Shown: piece by piece, positions 54,479-62,423 of the stretch | How the letters are laid out: each line of letters starts with the position of its first letter | Position numbering within the stretch: position 1 is the stretch's first letter | NCBI GenBank assembly: GCA_042218325.1 | Contig: JBDGRE010000001.1 | Span: 36,356 to 100,355 of the forward strand | Direction of reading: 5' to 3' | DNA from: Candidatus Nanohaloarchaea archaeon | GTDB taxonomy: Archaea > Nanohalarchaeota > Nanosalinia > Nanosalinales > Nanosalinaceae | Length of the DNA stretch: 64,000 nt | Notes under the pieces: model-generated | Databases searched by the model: none | What the model was told of the DNA's origin: nothing | Seen by the model: only the letters and a program-made list of their open reading frames with translations | Made by a program: the position numbers and the translations under genes

Positions 54479-56150
54479 CTTTTCCACCCCATCTCATGCT
54501 TTCCAGCTCCTCATTTACTTCTTCGAGGAACAGCTCGCGGTCTTCGAGGTAAAGTTTCAGGTACTCGCCGAGCTTCTCCGACGAAAGCAGGTTCTTGACC
54601 GTGACGTAATGCGCTCCCTGCTCGTACAGCTCGGCTGCTTCCTCGATACCATCTGACTTGACCACGATGGTCGCGTCCCGCGGCGCTTCCTCAACGGTGT
54701 TCCGGTTCACAAGGTTATCCGGCGCGAAGCAGACTACCATCCCGGCATCTCCGAGTCCCGCTGCGTTCCGTATCTTGGGGTGACGGAAGTCGCCGTAGAT
54801 GTACTCGTAACGTGACTCGGATAGCTCGCGTATGTTCAGGGGATTCCGGTCCACGACCACCACGTCATCGAAGTATTCCTCGAGTTCTTCCAGCGCTCTC
54901 CTCGCGAGTTCATCGTAGCCGACAACGACGAGATGGCCACTGAGTTCACGGACCTCGATGTCTTCTTTCTCCTCGGTCTCCAGTTTCTCGAGCATGTGCT
55001 CGAACGCGGTATATATGCGTGAGTTGTAGCTTATGAAGTACGACGAGACGCCCATCGTGGTTATGGCGACCATGCTCAGGAAACCGAGCAGGCCGGGGGA
55101 GGCAAGCCCCTGCGCGACAGCAAGAGACCCAAGTATAAGGGAGAACTCGCTGGTCTGGGCCTTGTTGATAGCTGCCTTGAACGATGTCTCCGGGGTGAAA
55201 CGGGCACGGTCCACGAGAGCAAACATTACAGTAAACTTTACCGACATGAGAACTGTGGAGGCGATAACTGCCTCGACCCAGTAGCTTTCCAGCATCCCGG
55301 GCGATAGCTGCAGGCCCACCTGTATGAAGAAGACAGCCATAAAGAAGTTCGTCAGGGGCCTGACCCTCTCCTGCAGCTCCTGGCTGTAAGGTATCTGGGC
55401 CAGTGCGAGGCCCGCGAAGAAAGCTCCTATCTCGGCGGATATTCCGAGTTGTGATGCCACTGTCACCATGACGAAGAGCCAGGCCACGCCGTGTATGAAG
55501 AACGCGTGCCGGTTCTCGGAGATCTTCTGGAACACTCTCGGCAGCAGGTACCGCGAGGAGAGGTACGACAGTGAGCCTATCGCTGCGACCATGAACGCGA
55601 CCTTGAGCAGGCTGATCCCGAGCCGGAGAGGTGTCGAGGCACCGGTCTCCATCACCGCCAGGATAAGTACGACGGCGAGGTCCTCGACCAGCAGTATCCC
55701 TACATCTATCTTTCCTGGCAGTGTGGTGACTTCATCCTTGTCCGCGAGAAGCTTCACAACGACGGCGGTCGATGAAAACATCACTGCGGCCGCTACGATC
55801 ACCGATTCCAGGAACGGGAAACCGAGCGCCTGCGCTGTTATGTATCCTGCAATTCCGACGAGCGCCATCTGCGAGACCGCTATCGCGACGGTGGGCCGGA
55901 GTATCTCCTTGACATCCTCTATCCGTATCTCCAGTCCGATCAGGAAGAGGAGGAAGGCAAGGCCGAGCTCGGAGAGCAGCTCTGTCGACGGGGTCGTCGA
56001 AACAAGACCGAGGCCGGCCGACCCGAGCAGTAGCCCGGTGGCGATGTAAGCGATGACGGTCGGCTGCTTCAGTTTCCGGGATAGCAGCCCGAGCAAAGCT
56101 GCCACTACGACTATGAGTGCAAGTGAGCTGAAGGCCGCCGACTGTACCAT
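54471..56150 (-). CDS. CPA2 cation:proton antiporter (Kef-like) with TrkA-N domain, paralogue
   Basis: LFLIGLE, SSTAVVVKLL, ILLVEDL, GAFFAG, QTSEFS; RCK domain. Confidence 0.88.
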   Translation of the reverse strand: MVQSAAFSSLALIVVVAALLGLLSRKLKQPTVIAYIATGLLLGSAGLGLVSTTPSTELLSELGLAFLLFLIGLEIRIEDVKEILRPTVAIAVSQMALVGIAGYITAQALGFPFLESVIVAAAVMFSSTAVVVKLLADKDEVTTLPGKIDVGILLVEDLAVVLILAVMETGASTPLRLGISLLKVAFMVAAIGSLSYLSSRYLLPRVFQKISENRHAFFIHGVAWLFVMVTVASQLGISAEIGAFFAGLALAQIPYSQELQERVRPLTNFFMAVFFIQVGLQLSPGMLESYWVEAVIASTVLMSVKFTVMFALVDRARFTPETSFKAAINKAQTSEFSLILGSLAVAQGLASPGLLGFLSMVAITTMGVSSYFISYNSRIYTAFEHMLEKLETEEKEDIEVRELSGHLVVVGYDELARRALEELEEYFDDVVVVDRNPLNIRELSESRYEYIYGDFRHPKIRNAAGLGDAGMVVCFAPDNLVNRNTVEEAPRDATIVVKSDGIEEAAELYEQGAHYVTVKNLLSSEKLGEYLKLYLEDRELFLEEVNEELESMRWGGKDE

Positions 56151-56738
56151 CTATAGCACTTCCTCGATTTCCTCCCGTGTTACCGGGCCCTTACGATGGA
56201 TAACCACCTCTCCGTTATTAACTTCTGCGATAGTCGACGTCGGGCCCTGCTCAAGCTTGCCCGCGTCGATGATGTAGTCTACTTCTTCTCTCAGTTCCGG
56301 GTCGATATCCTCGACACGGTAAGAGGTCTCCTGCCCGGATATGTTGGCGCTGGTAGCGGTCATAGGTCCGTTTGCCGCGAGTTCCCGGGCGACCTCGCTG
56401 TCCGGTACCCGGAACACGAACCTGTCGTTGAGCACGTCAGGCACAGCCGGTTTCCTGTCGGCGACGAGCGTCAGCGGCCCCGGCATAAGCGTCTCCACGA
56501 TCCTTCTCTCTTCACCGGTCAGCTCCGCGTACCTTTCCGCGCTCTCAAGGCTGTCAACTATGACCGTCAGTTTCTTCTCGCGCGGCCTCTGCTTCACCTC
56601 GTAGACTTTCTCTACTGCCTCCGGGTCCAGTGCGTCCGCCGCGATACCGTACGCGGTTTCAGTCGGGTATATAACGGTGCCTCCTTCCTGCAGGACCTCC
56701 TTCGCTTCCTCGACCTGCCTCTTTATCTCATCTTTCAC
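56151..56738 (-). CDS. sua5: L-threonylcarbamoyladenylate synthase (TsaC/YrdC, single domain)
   Basis: YPTETAYG, VKQRP, PGPLTL, FRVP, ATSANISG, STI. Confidence 0.93.
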   Translation of the reverse strand: MKDEIKRQVEEAKEVLQEGGTVIYPTETAYGIAADALDPEAVEKVYEVKQRPREKKLTVIVDSLESAERYAELTGEERRIVETLMPGPLTLVADRKPAVPDVLNDRFVFRVPDSEVARELAANGPMTATSANISGQETSYRVEDIDPELREEVDYIIDAGKLEQGPTSTIAEVNNGEVVIHRKGPVTREEIEEVL

Positions 56739-57351
56739 CTTTTACCTCCTCCTTCATCTGAGCCACGAAATCCTCCACGAACCTGTGGCGCTCCTCCGCC
56801 ATCTCCTTGCCTGTTCCTGTATACATCCTTTCCTTCAGCGACAGTATCTTGTTCGTCAGGTGTTTCAGTCCCGTCTCGCGACCCAGATCCTCCCCGTGCA
56901 TCCTCTCGATGTCGGCCAGCGCCCTGCCGTGTTCCCCGCTGTAGCAGAAAGTCCTCGCTACACCGGTCGCGCCGAGCGCGTCGAGGTTGTCCGCGTCTGA
57001 AAGAACTTCGGCTTCGACTGTCTCCGGCTCGACATCTCCGGAGTAACGGTGCGCCAGTATGCAGTGCATGACCTCCTCCACGACCTCTTCGCTGTACCCG
57101 TTGCTCCCGAGTATATCCGTTGCTTCCCGGGCTCCCCATCTTGCGTGGTCTTCTATCTCTCCACGGTCCTCTTTCCCTCTTCCTATATCGTGAAGCAGTA
57201 CTGCGAGCTTCACCACCTTCCAGTCGGCGTCTTCCTCTTCCGCGATTCTCTCGGCCAGTATCTCCACACGTTTCACGTGGTGCCAGTCGTGGGAGGAATC
57301 CACGCCGTCGAAGTACTTTCTCGCCTCCCGCCGTACCTGGTCTACTTCCAC
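56728..57351 (-). CDS. HD-domain phosphohydrolase
   Basis: SHDWHHVKRV, LLHDIG, DH, AHR, DADNLDALGATG. Confidence 0.9.
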   Translation of the reverse strand: MEVDQVRREARKYFDGVDSSHDWHHVKRVEILAERIAEEEDADWKVVKLAVLLHDIGRGKEDRGEIEDHARWGAREATDILGSNGYSEEVVEEVMHCILAHRYSGDVEPETVEAEVLSDADNLDALGATGVARTFCYSGEHGRALADIERMHGEDLGRETGLKHLTNKILSLKERMYTGTGKEMAEERHRFVEDFVAQMKEEVKGER

Positions 57352-58316
57352 TCTATATCTACCTCGTCAGGCCTCCAGTTCGGTTTCTTCCCCGATTCCT
57401 CGACGGAGGTTTTCCGGCCCGCTTCGAGTTCGAGCATGCCCTGGTGCGCTATCATCGCGCCGTTGTCCATGCAGTAATCGGGCGGCGGGAAGTACGCCTC
57501 GCAACCTCTTTGCTCGCACATCGCCTCCACCATCTCGCGCAGCCTGGAGTTCATCGCGACGCCGCCCGTTAAAAGCGCCTCCCGGGAGCCTTCCTGCGCC
57601 ATCGCCCTCTCCAGGGCCTCGACCACCGCGGCGTAAGCGTGCTCCTGGAACGAGTTGGCTATCAAAGCGTCATCGATTTCGTCGACCTTGCGCTCGCCTT
57701 CTGTTACCAGCCCGGAGAAAGAGAAGTCCATCCCCTTGATAGGGTAGCTGAGTTCGACTATCCCGTCCGTCTTCTCGGCGAGTCTCTCGATTTCGGGGCC
57801 TCCCGGATGCGGGTAGCCGAGCTTCCGCGCCAGCTTGTCGAGCGCGTTACCCAGCGCGATATCCAGGGTCTCCCCGATTATGCGGTAACGACCGGAGCGC
57901 AGCTCAAGTATCTGCGAGTTGCCGCCGGACAGGTACAGTGTGGTCGGTTCCTCCGCACCGGTGGTCCTCGTCCCGATCGAGATGTGTGCAAGGCAGTGGT
58001 TCATACCGATGAGCTCCAGGTCGTACCGTTCGGAAAGCGCACGGGCGATAACCGCCCCGATATCGAGGCACTGCGGTATACCCGGGCCCTGCGCAAAGGC
58101 CACCGCGTCGAGCTCCTCTTCATCTAGGTCTGCCTCCTGCAGTGCGTTGTTCAGGACCTCGAGAGCATGTTGATAGTGGTGCTCCGCCGCCTTCCTCGGG
58201 TGTATCCCGCCCTCCTCCGGCTCGAACATCGACTTCTGGTTTGCAAGTATATCATCTTCGTCGACTATACCGATGCCAAGCGTGTGCGCTGTCGACTCGA
58301 TGCCGAGCACTTTCAT
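57342..58316 (-). CDS. kae1: tRNA N6-threonylcarbamoyltransferase Kae1 (KEOPS), unfused
   Basis: LGIESTAH, GGIHP, NHCLAH, SGGNSQ, GETLDIALGN, TGGVAMN, DNGAMIA. Confidence 0.96.
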   Translation of the reverse strand: MKVLGIESTAHTLGIGIVDEDDILANQKSMFEPEEGGIHPRKAAEHHYQHALEVLNNALQEADLDEEELDAVAFAQGPGIPQCLDIGAVIARALSERYDLELIGMNHCLAHISIGTRTTGAEEPTTLYLSGGNSQILELRSGRYRIIGETLDIALGNALDKLARKLGYPHPGGPEIERLAEKTDGIVELSYPIKGMDFSFSGLVTEGERKVDEIDDALIANSFQEHAYAAVVEALERAMAQEGSREALLTGGVAMNSRLREMVEAMCEQRGCEAYFPPPDYCMDNGAMIAHQGMLELEAGRKTSVEESGKKPNWRPDEVDIEWK

Positions 58317-58352
58317 GCGTGGAGTTAGCTGCTGAAGAATTAAAAGAGAATT

Positions 58353-58502
58353 CTATCCGTGCTTGGTGTAGCCGCACTTGCCGCACGACTTGCGTTCGTC
58401 GTGCTCCGCCAGGAAGCTTCCGCAGCGGGGGCATTTCTCGCCGTCGTATTCTCCTGACTCGTCGTACTTCTCCCAGATCTGTACCTTGTCGTGCTTACTC
58501 AC
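58353..58502 (-). CDS. rps27ae: 30S ribosomal protein S27ae (eS31), 49 aa, not in the ORF track
   Basis: Hand translation: [49 protein letters not shown]; CPRCG..CGKCGYT zinc ribbon upstream of kae1. Confidence 0.92.
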   Translation of the reverse strand: MSKHDKVQIWEKYDESGEYDGEKCPRCGSFLAEHDERKSCGKCGYTKHG

Positions 58503-58551
58503 GGCTACCACCTGTGGTTGGCGTGTCAAGAAGATCTCTGATCTTTGCCAT
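58495..58551 (-). other. Double-hairpin mini-ORF (18 aa) bridging the rps3 stop and the rps27ae GTG
   Basis: TGATG overlap; [18 protein letters not shown]; palindromes AAGATC-AGA-GATCTT and ACCAC-AG-GTGGT. Confidence 0.5.
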
Positions 58552-59657
58552 CATTCTTCAACCCTCGTTTCCAGCCAGTCGATGAACGTCGTCCGGCTCT
58601 TGTTGTCCTTTTCAGCTTTGAGGGCTTTCTCCCAGTCAGGGTTTTCGAGGTCTTCCAGCTCGTCCTTCGCATCGGCGATAGTGCCGGAGACTATCTCTTC
58701 GTAGTCCGCTTCAGTTCCGCCTTCTGATCCCTCGGCGTCGTCCTCCACTGCTTCCTCGTCGATTCCCGACTCGGACTCGGTGGATTCCTTTTCTACGTCT
58801 TCGGGGACTTCTTCATCCTCCTCGTTTTCTTCAGCTTCCTGTTCTTCCTTGGCCTCTTCTTCTGCGGCTTCCTTTATCTCTTCGCCGCGCTCCTCGAACA
58901 CGTCGCGGATCTCCTGCTTGGTGATATCTTCTGTTTCGACCTCGAGCTCTTCCATTGCCTCGTCGATGGCGGAGGAGGTCATGCTTTCGGCCTCCGCGAC
59001 CACCATCTCGAGTCTCTCGTCTCTTGGAAGTGAGTCCTCGTGCTCGACTGTCTTGTGGAGTATCTCTTCCTCTACGTCGACGTCGCGGTGCTTGAATTCG
59101 GGCAAGGATTCCATGATGCGGACCTTGACACCGATAGCGCCCGGCTTGGTTCTCGCAAGTTCGTAGGCCTCCTTGACGTTTTCCTTCGATGTGTTGCCGT
59201 TTCGCTTGACGTACCCGTACGAGAACTTCTCCGTCCTTCCACGGTTTCCTGAGAGCTTGCCGGCTACCTCTATCTCGGCGCCGATGACTCCGGCTTCCTT
59301 CACCCTTCGCAGGTAGGTGTAACCGACACGTTTCGGCTGTCCTCCCTTCTCGAGCCAGTCAGCCATCGACTTCGCGACGACTTCCGCGTCTGCGTCGGCG
59401 TTCTCTATCTCGTTTACCTCTATCTGCGGGTTCTCGAATCCGAACTCTGCCTCCATGTCCTCTGTGAGTTCACGGATGCGTGAGCCGCCTCGACCGATTA
59501 CAAGTCCTGGTCTCTGTGCGTATACAACTATCTTCGTCGAGGTCGGTGTCCTTACAAGCTCGCACCGCGAGTAGCCTGCTCCCTCGAGCTCTTCCTCGAA
59601 GAACTCGTGCAGCCTTACCTTCCGGGCTCCTTTCTCGACGAACTGTTTCTCCTGCAT
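58551..59657 (-). CDS. rps3: 30S ribosomal protein S3 with long acidic C-terminal extension
   Basis: RPGLVIGRGG KH domain, GAEIEVAGKL, KPGAIGVKVRIM, then about 180 aa of extension. Confidence 0.95.
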   Translation of the reverse strand: MQEKQFVEKGARKVRLHEFFEEELEGAGYSRCELVRTPTSTKIVVYAQRPGLVIGRGGSRIRELTEDMEAEFGFENPQIEVNEIENADADAEVVAKSMADWLEKGGQPKRVGYTYLRRVKEAGVIGAEIEVAGKLSGNRGRTEKFSYGYVKRNGNTSKENVKEAYELARTKPGAIGVKVRIMESLPEFKHRDVDVEEEILHKTVEHEDSLPRDERLEMVVAEAESMTSSAIDEAMEELEVETEDITKQEIRDVFEERGEEIKEAAEEEAKEEQEAEENEEDEEVPEDVEKESTESESGIDEEAVEDDAEGSEGGTEADYEEIVSGTIADAKDELEDLENPDWEKALKAEKDNKSRTTFIDWLETRVEE

Positions 59658-59676
59658 GAAACTTCTGGAAGTTTCA

Positions 59677-59745
59677 TCACCATAGCACGTCCAGCCTGAC
59701 GGCTGAACGCACTCCGGTTTTAAGTTGGTTTTTATTTCCTGCCAT
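59677..59745 (-). other. Mini-ORF (22 aa) and two hairpins in the rpl22-rps3 spacer
   Basis: MAGNKNQLKTGVRSAVRLDVLW*; hairpins CGTTCAGCC-GTCA-GGCTGGACG and ATGAAACTTC-CA-GAAGTTTCAT, the second overlapping the rps3 ATG. Confidence 0.45.
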
Positions 59746-59746
59746 A

Positions 59747-60160
59747 TTATCTCTCTCCCACGACAATCTTTACATGTGCTGCTTTGATGGTTTCTCCCCT
59801 GTGTCTTCCTGGGGTCCTGAACTCTTGGCCCTGGTTGGTTATGAACTTCTGGATTTCCAGCGCGTCAGTATTGAGTCCCTGGTCCTCTGCGTTGGACGCA
59901 GCGCTCCTGATTACTTTCAGTACTTCTTCCGCGGCTTTGACCGGGTAGCGGCCCTCCTGTCCGCCGCTCCTGTGTCCGGCTCCGGAGAACGTCGTGTATG
60001 GTACGGGAAGTTCTTTTTCAATCACTCTTTCCAGCTTGTTCTCCGCCTTCTCGACGGAGTCGCCCTTGACGAAGCGGCCTATCTCGGTCACGTCCTTCCA
60101 CGAAACGCGGAGGTCGTTGCCTATGGCTTTGGCCTGGTGTGGCTCCGTCTCGATAGGCAC
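59747..60160 (-). CDS. rpl22: 50S ribosomal protein L22
   Basis: RVSWK...EI, GRYPVKAA, A.SNAE, HVKIV. Confidence 0.93.
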   Translation of the reverse strand: MPIETEPHQAKAIGNDLRVSWKDVTEIGRFVKGDSVEKAENKLERVIEKELPVPYTTFSGAGHRSGGQEGRYPVKAAEEVLKVIRSAASNAEDQGLNTDALEIQKFITNQGQEFRTPGRHRGETIKAAHVKIVVGER

Positions 60161-60166
60161 GCTAAA

Positions 60167-60547
60167 TCACTTGAGCGGCACGTGCTGCGAGGACCGGGTA
60201 GCTCCGAGCCCTGGTGCACTGTGCGATACTTCCTTTCTGGTTTTTGCTAGTTCGCCGAGGTAGTGTCCGAGCATCTCTTTCTCGATATCTACCGGGACGA
60301 AATCCTTGCCGTTGTATACCTGGACGGTCTTGCCGACCATCTTCGGCACTACGATCATCGACCTCATGTGGGTCTTGACCTGGTCTTTCTCCTCGAGGTC
60401 TTCCAGTATCTTTTTCTCCTTTCTTCTCAGTCCGCGCTGTATCTTTCTCCTGCCTCTTGAGTTGAGCAGCTCCGAGAACTCTTCCAGACTCATCTCTTTC
60501 AGCTCTTCAAGGCTGTGTCCGCGGAAGCTCCAGTCGTCGTCACTCAC
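60167..60547 (-). CDS. rps19: 30S ribosomal protein S19
   Basis: FRG.SLEEL, KTHMRSM, VYNGK, EMLGHYLGE, GATRSS..VPLK. Confidence 0.96.
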   Translation of the reverse strand: MSDDDWSFRGHSLEELKEMSLEEFSELLNSRGRRKIQRGLRRKEKKILEDLEEKDQVKTHMRSMIVVPKMVGKTVQVYNGKDFVPVDIEKEMLGHYLGELAKTRKEVSHSAPGLGATRSSQHVPLK

Positions 60548-60603
60548 TCGAAAACACCTCTGGCGTTTTCTGCGAGATTAGAAAATCTTCGATTTTCACT
60601 CAT
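60544..60603 (-). repeat. Start-codon double-hairpin element / 19-aa mini-ORF, copy A (before rps19)
   Basis: MSENRRFSNLAENARGVFE*; hairpins GAAAATC-GAA-GATTTTC and GAAAACGCC-AGA-GGTGTTTTC; paralogue at 62357-62416. Confidence 0.75.
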
Positions 60604-61312
60604 TGTCTGCTGTTCCCTCCTTGTTTCCTGATTTTCGTGCCGCGATGGAGCCTACCTTGCTACCAGGCGAGGCATGCCTCGAGACAGTTTTCGGCTGACC
60701 TGGTTTTGCGGAACCACCGAACGGGTGGTCGACCGCGTTCATGGCGACCGCACGGACGTTCGGGTATTTGTGGCCCTTCGCCTTCATGGCCTTGTGCTTG
60801 TTGCCGGCCTTCACGAACGGCTTGTCCTTTCTTCCGCCGCCCGCGACCTTTCCTACAGTGGCGCGGCATCCTGTATCCAGTTTTTTGAACTCTCCGCTCG
60901 GAAGCTTGATTCTCACGCCGTCCTGCTCGTGGGTCACGACGAAAGCGTAGGTGCCGGATGAACGGACGAGCTGCCCGCCGCTGCTTGGCTGGGTCTCGAT
61001 GTTATGAATCGGGACACCCTCCGGGATCTCTCCTACAGGAAGAACGTTGCCCTCCTCGATTTCCGCGGAGACACCTACCTCTATGGTGTCGCCGACCTGG
61101 AGGTTCTCCGGCGCCAGAACGTTACGTACCTCTTCATCGTCGAAATCGACGACCGCTACCGGTGCGCTTCTCGCAGGGTCGTGTACTATATCTATCACTT
61201 CGCCCGTCGTCTCTGCGTTCCTGTGCTCTACGTCTCCTTTCCCGTGGTGGGAGTTAGCTGTCCACGTGGAGCTTGCTTTTCCTCTTCTCTGCTGTCTCAG
61301 TGGGCTTCCCAT
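60596..61312 (-). CDS. rpl2: 50S ribosomal protein L2
   Basis: QQRRGK, HDPARSAP, LPSG, VRAVAMNAVDHPFGG, PGSKVGSIAAR. Confidence 0.96.
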   Translation of the reverse strand: MGSPLRQQRRGKASSTWTANSHHGKGDVEHRNAETTGEVIDIVHDPARSAPVAVVDFDDEEVRNVLAPENLQVGDTIEVGVSAEIEEGNVLPVGEIPEGVPIHNIETQPSSGGQLVRSSGTYAFVVTHEQDGVRIKLPSGEFKKLDTGCRATVGKVAGGGRKDKPFVKAGNKHKAMKAKGHKYPNVRAVAMNAVDHPFGGSAKPGQPKTVSRHASPGSKVGSIAARKSGNKEGTADNE

Positions 61313-61321
61313 CTTATCACT

Positions 61322-61594
61322 TTAAATCATTCCGAGCTTGGTCGCGACATCCATCGCGTCGTCAGCTTCGGATAGACTAACGAAGGCCTTTTTCTTGGCC
61401 TGTGGTGTTACCATGGTGTTTACTTTTTTAACCTCTACATCGAACAGCGTCTCCACCGCGTCCTGCACCTGGTTCTTGTTCGCGTCGATGTCGACCATCA
61501 GCACGAGCTGGTTGTGCTCGTCGACCTTGTCCATCGACTTCTCCGTCAGGTGCGGGTTCTCGATTATCTCCCAGGCTCTTTCTTCTTCCATCAT
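61322..61594 (-). CDS. rpl23: 50S ribosomal protein L23
   Basis: PHLTEK, ANK.QV..AVE.LFDV.V.KVNT, KKAFV, ATKLG. Confidence 0.95.
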   Translation of the reverse strand: MMEEERAWEIIENPHLTEKSMDKVDEHNQLVLMVDIDANKNQVQDAVETLFDVEVKKVNTMVTPQAKKKAFVSLSEADDAMDVATKLGMI

Positions 61595-61601
61595 CGCCAC
61601 C

Positions 61602-62360
61602 TCAGTCGAGGAAGAGCTCCTCTTCCTCAAGTCTTTCCAGTGCGTCCTCGCTCCAGACCACAAGCCGTCCTGGCTGTGCACCTGGTGCGAGAAGCTCTGC
61701 GTTAAGGTTTTCGACTCTTGCAACTTCTACACCAGCGAGGTTGCTGGCTGCGTCGACCGCGTTGCTTTCGCCGGAGACGACCAGTAGCGGCCCTACCTTC
61801 CGGCGGTACTTCCGGCCGCGGTTCGCTCCTCTTCCGGCACGAATCTTCTTCTCCTTTACTCTCTCGAGCTCGTCTTCGAGGCCGAGCTCCTCGAGCCTAT
61901 CTTTCAGCTCCGTGGTCTTCTCTATCTCCTCGAGGTCGTCGACGAGCGGTAGCTCGCCGTCGTAATCGTGATTTTCGCTGACGAACTTTTCGTGGTTCGA
62001 GGCCGCGATGCCCGACCTGATGGCCTTGCGTCGCTCCTTGTCGTTTATCTCTTCTGTCCAGTCCTTGTCGCTGTCAGGGCCGTGCGCCCTTCTACCGCCC
62101 CGCGTATTCGGGGCCTCTGCGCCCTCCCCGAGCAGTTGCGAGCCGCGGCCCATCATGATCTTCCTCGGGGTCCGGGACTGTCCGCGGCCTTTCTGCGAGC
62201 GGTACGCGTTGTTCCGCTTCTTCCAGCGGGTGACATGCTTCAGGCCCGCTTCTTTGTCGTTCCCGTACGCCTGCCTGTTCTTGGATTGAATCGACAGGAC
62301 GGCGCGCTTCATGATGTCGGGGCGGACACGTTCGTCGAACTGTACCGGTAGGTCTGTCAC
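61602..62360 (-). CDS. rpl4: 50S ribosomal protein L4
   Basis: VRPDIMKRAV, GRGQSRTPR, GGRRAH, INDKERRKA, LLAPGAQPGRL. Confidence 0.95.
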   Translation of the reverse strand: MTDLPVQFDERVRPDIMKRAVLSIQSKNRQAYGNDKEAGLKHVTRWKKRNNAYRSQKGRGQSRTPRKIMMGRGSQLLGEGAEAPNTRGGRRAHGPDSDKDWTEEINDKERRKAIRSGIAASNHEKFVSENHDYDGELPLVDDLEEIEKTTELKDRLEELGLEDELERVKEKKIRAGRGANRGRKYRRKVGPLLVVSGESNAVDAASNLAGVEVARVENLNAELLAPGAQPGRLVVWSEDALERLEEEELFLD

Positions 62361-62416
62361 TCGAAAACACCTCGGGTGTTTTCTACGTGTGCTGAAAATC
62401 TTGTATTTTCGCTCAT
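62357..62416 (-). repeat. Start-codon double-hairpin element / 19-aa mini-ORF, copy B (before rpl4)
   Basis: MSENTRFSAHVENTRGVFE*; hairpins GAAAAT-ACAAG-ATTTTC and GAAAACACC-CGA-GGTGTTTTC. Confidence 0.75.
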
Positions 62417-62423
62417 TTGTTAA

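Noticed and set aside
60544-62416. Start-codon inserts as BHB-type mRNA introns
   Set aside because: Precise excision would restore ATG starts, but I could not form a bulge-helix-bulge at the junctions, and each insert supplies its own SD and GTG. Not supported without RNA data.
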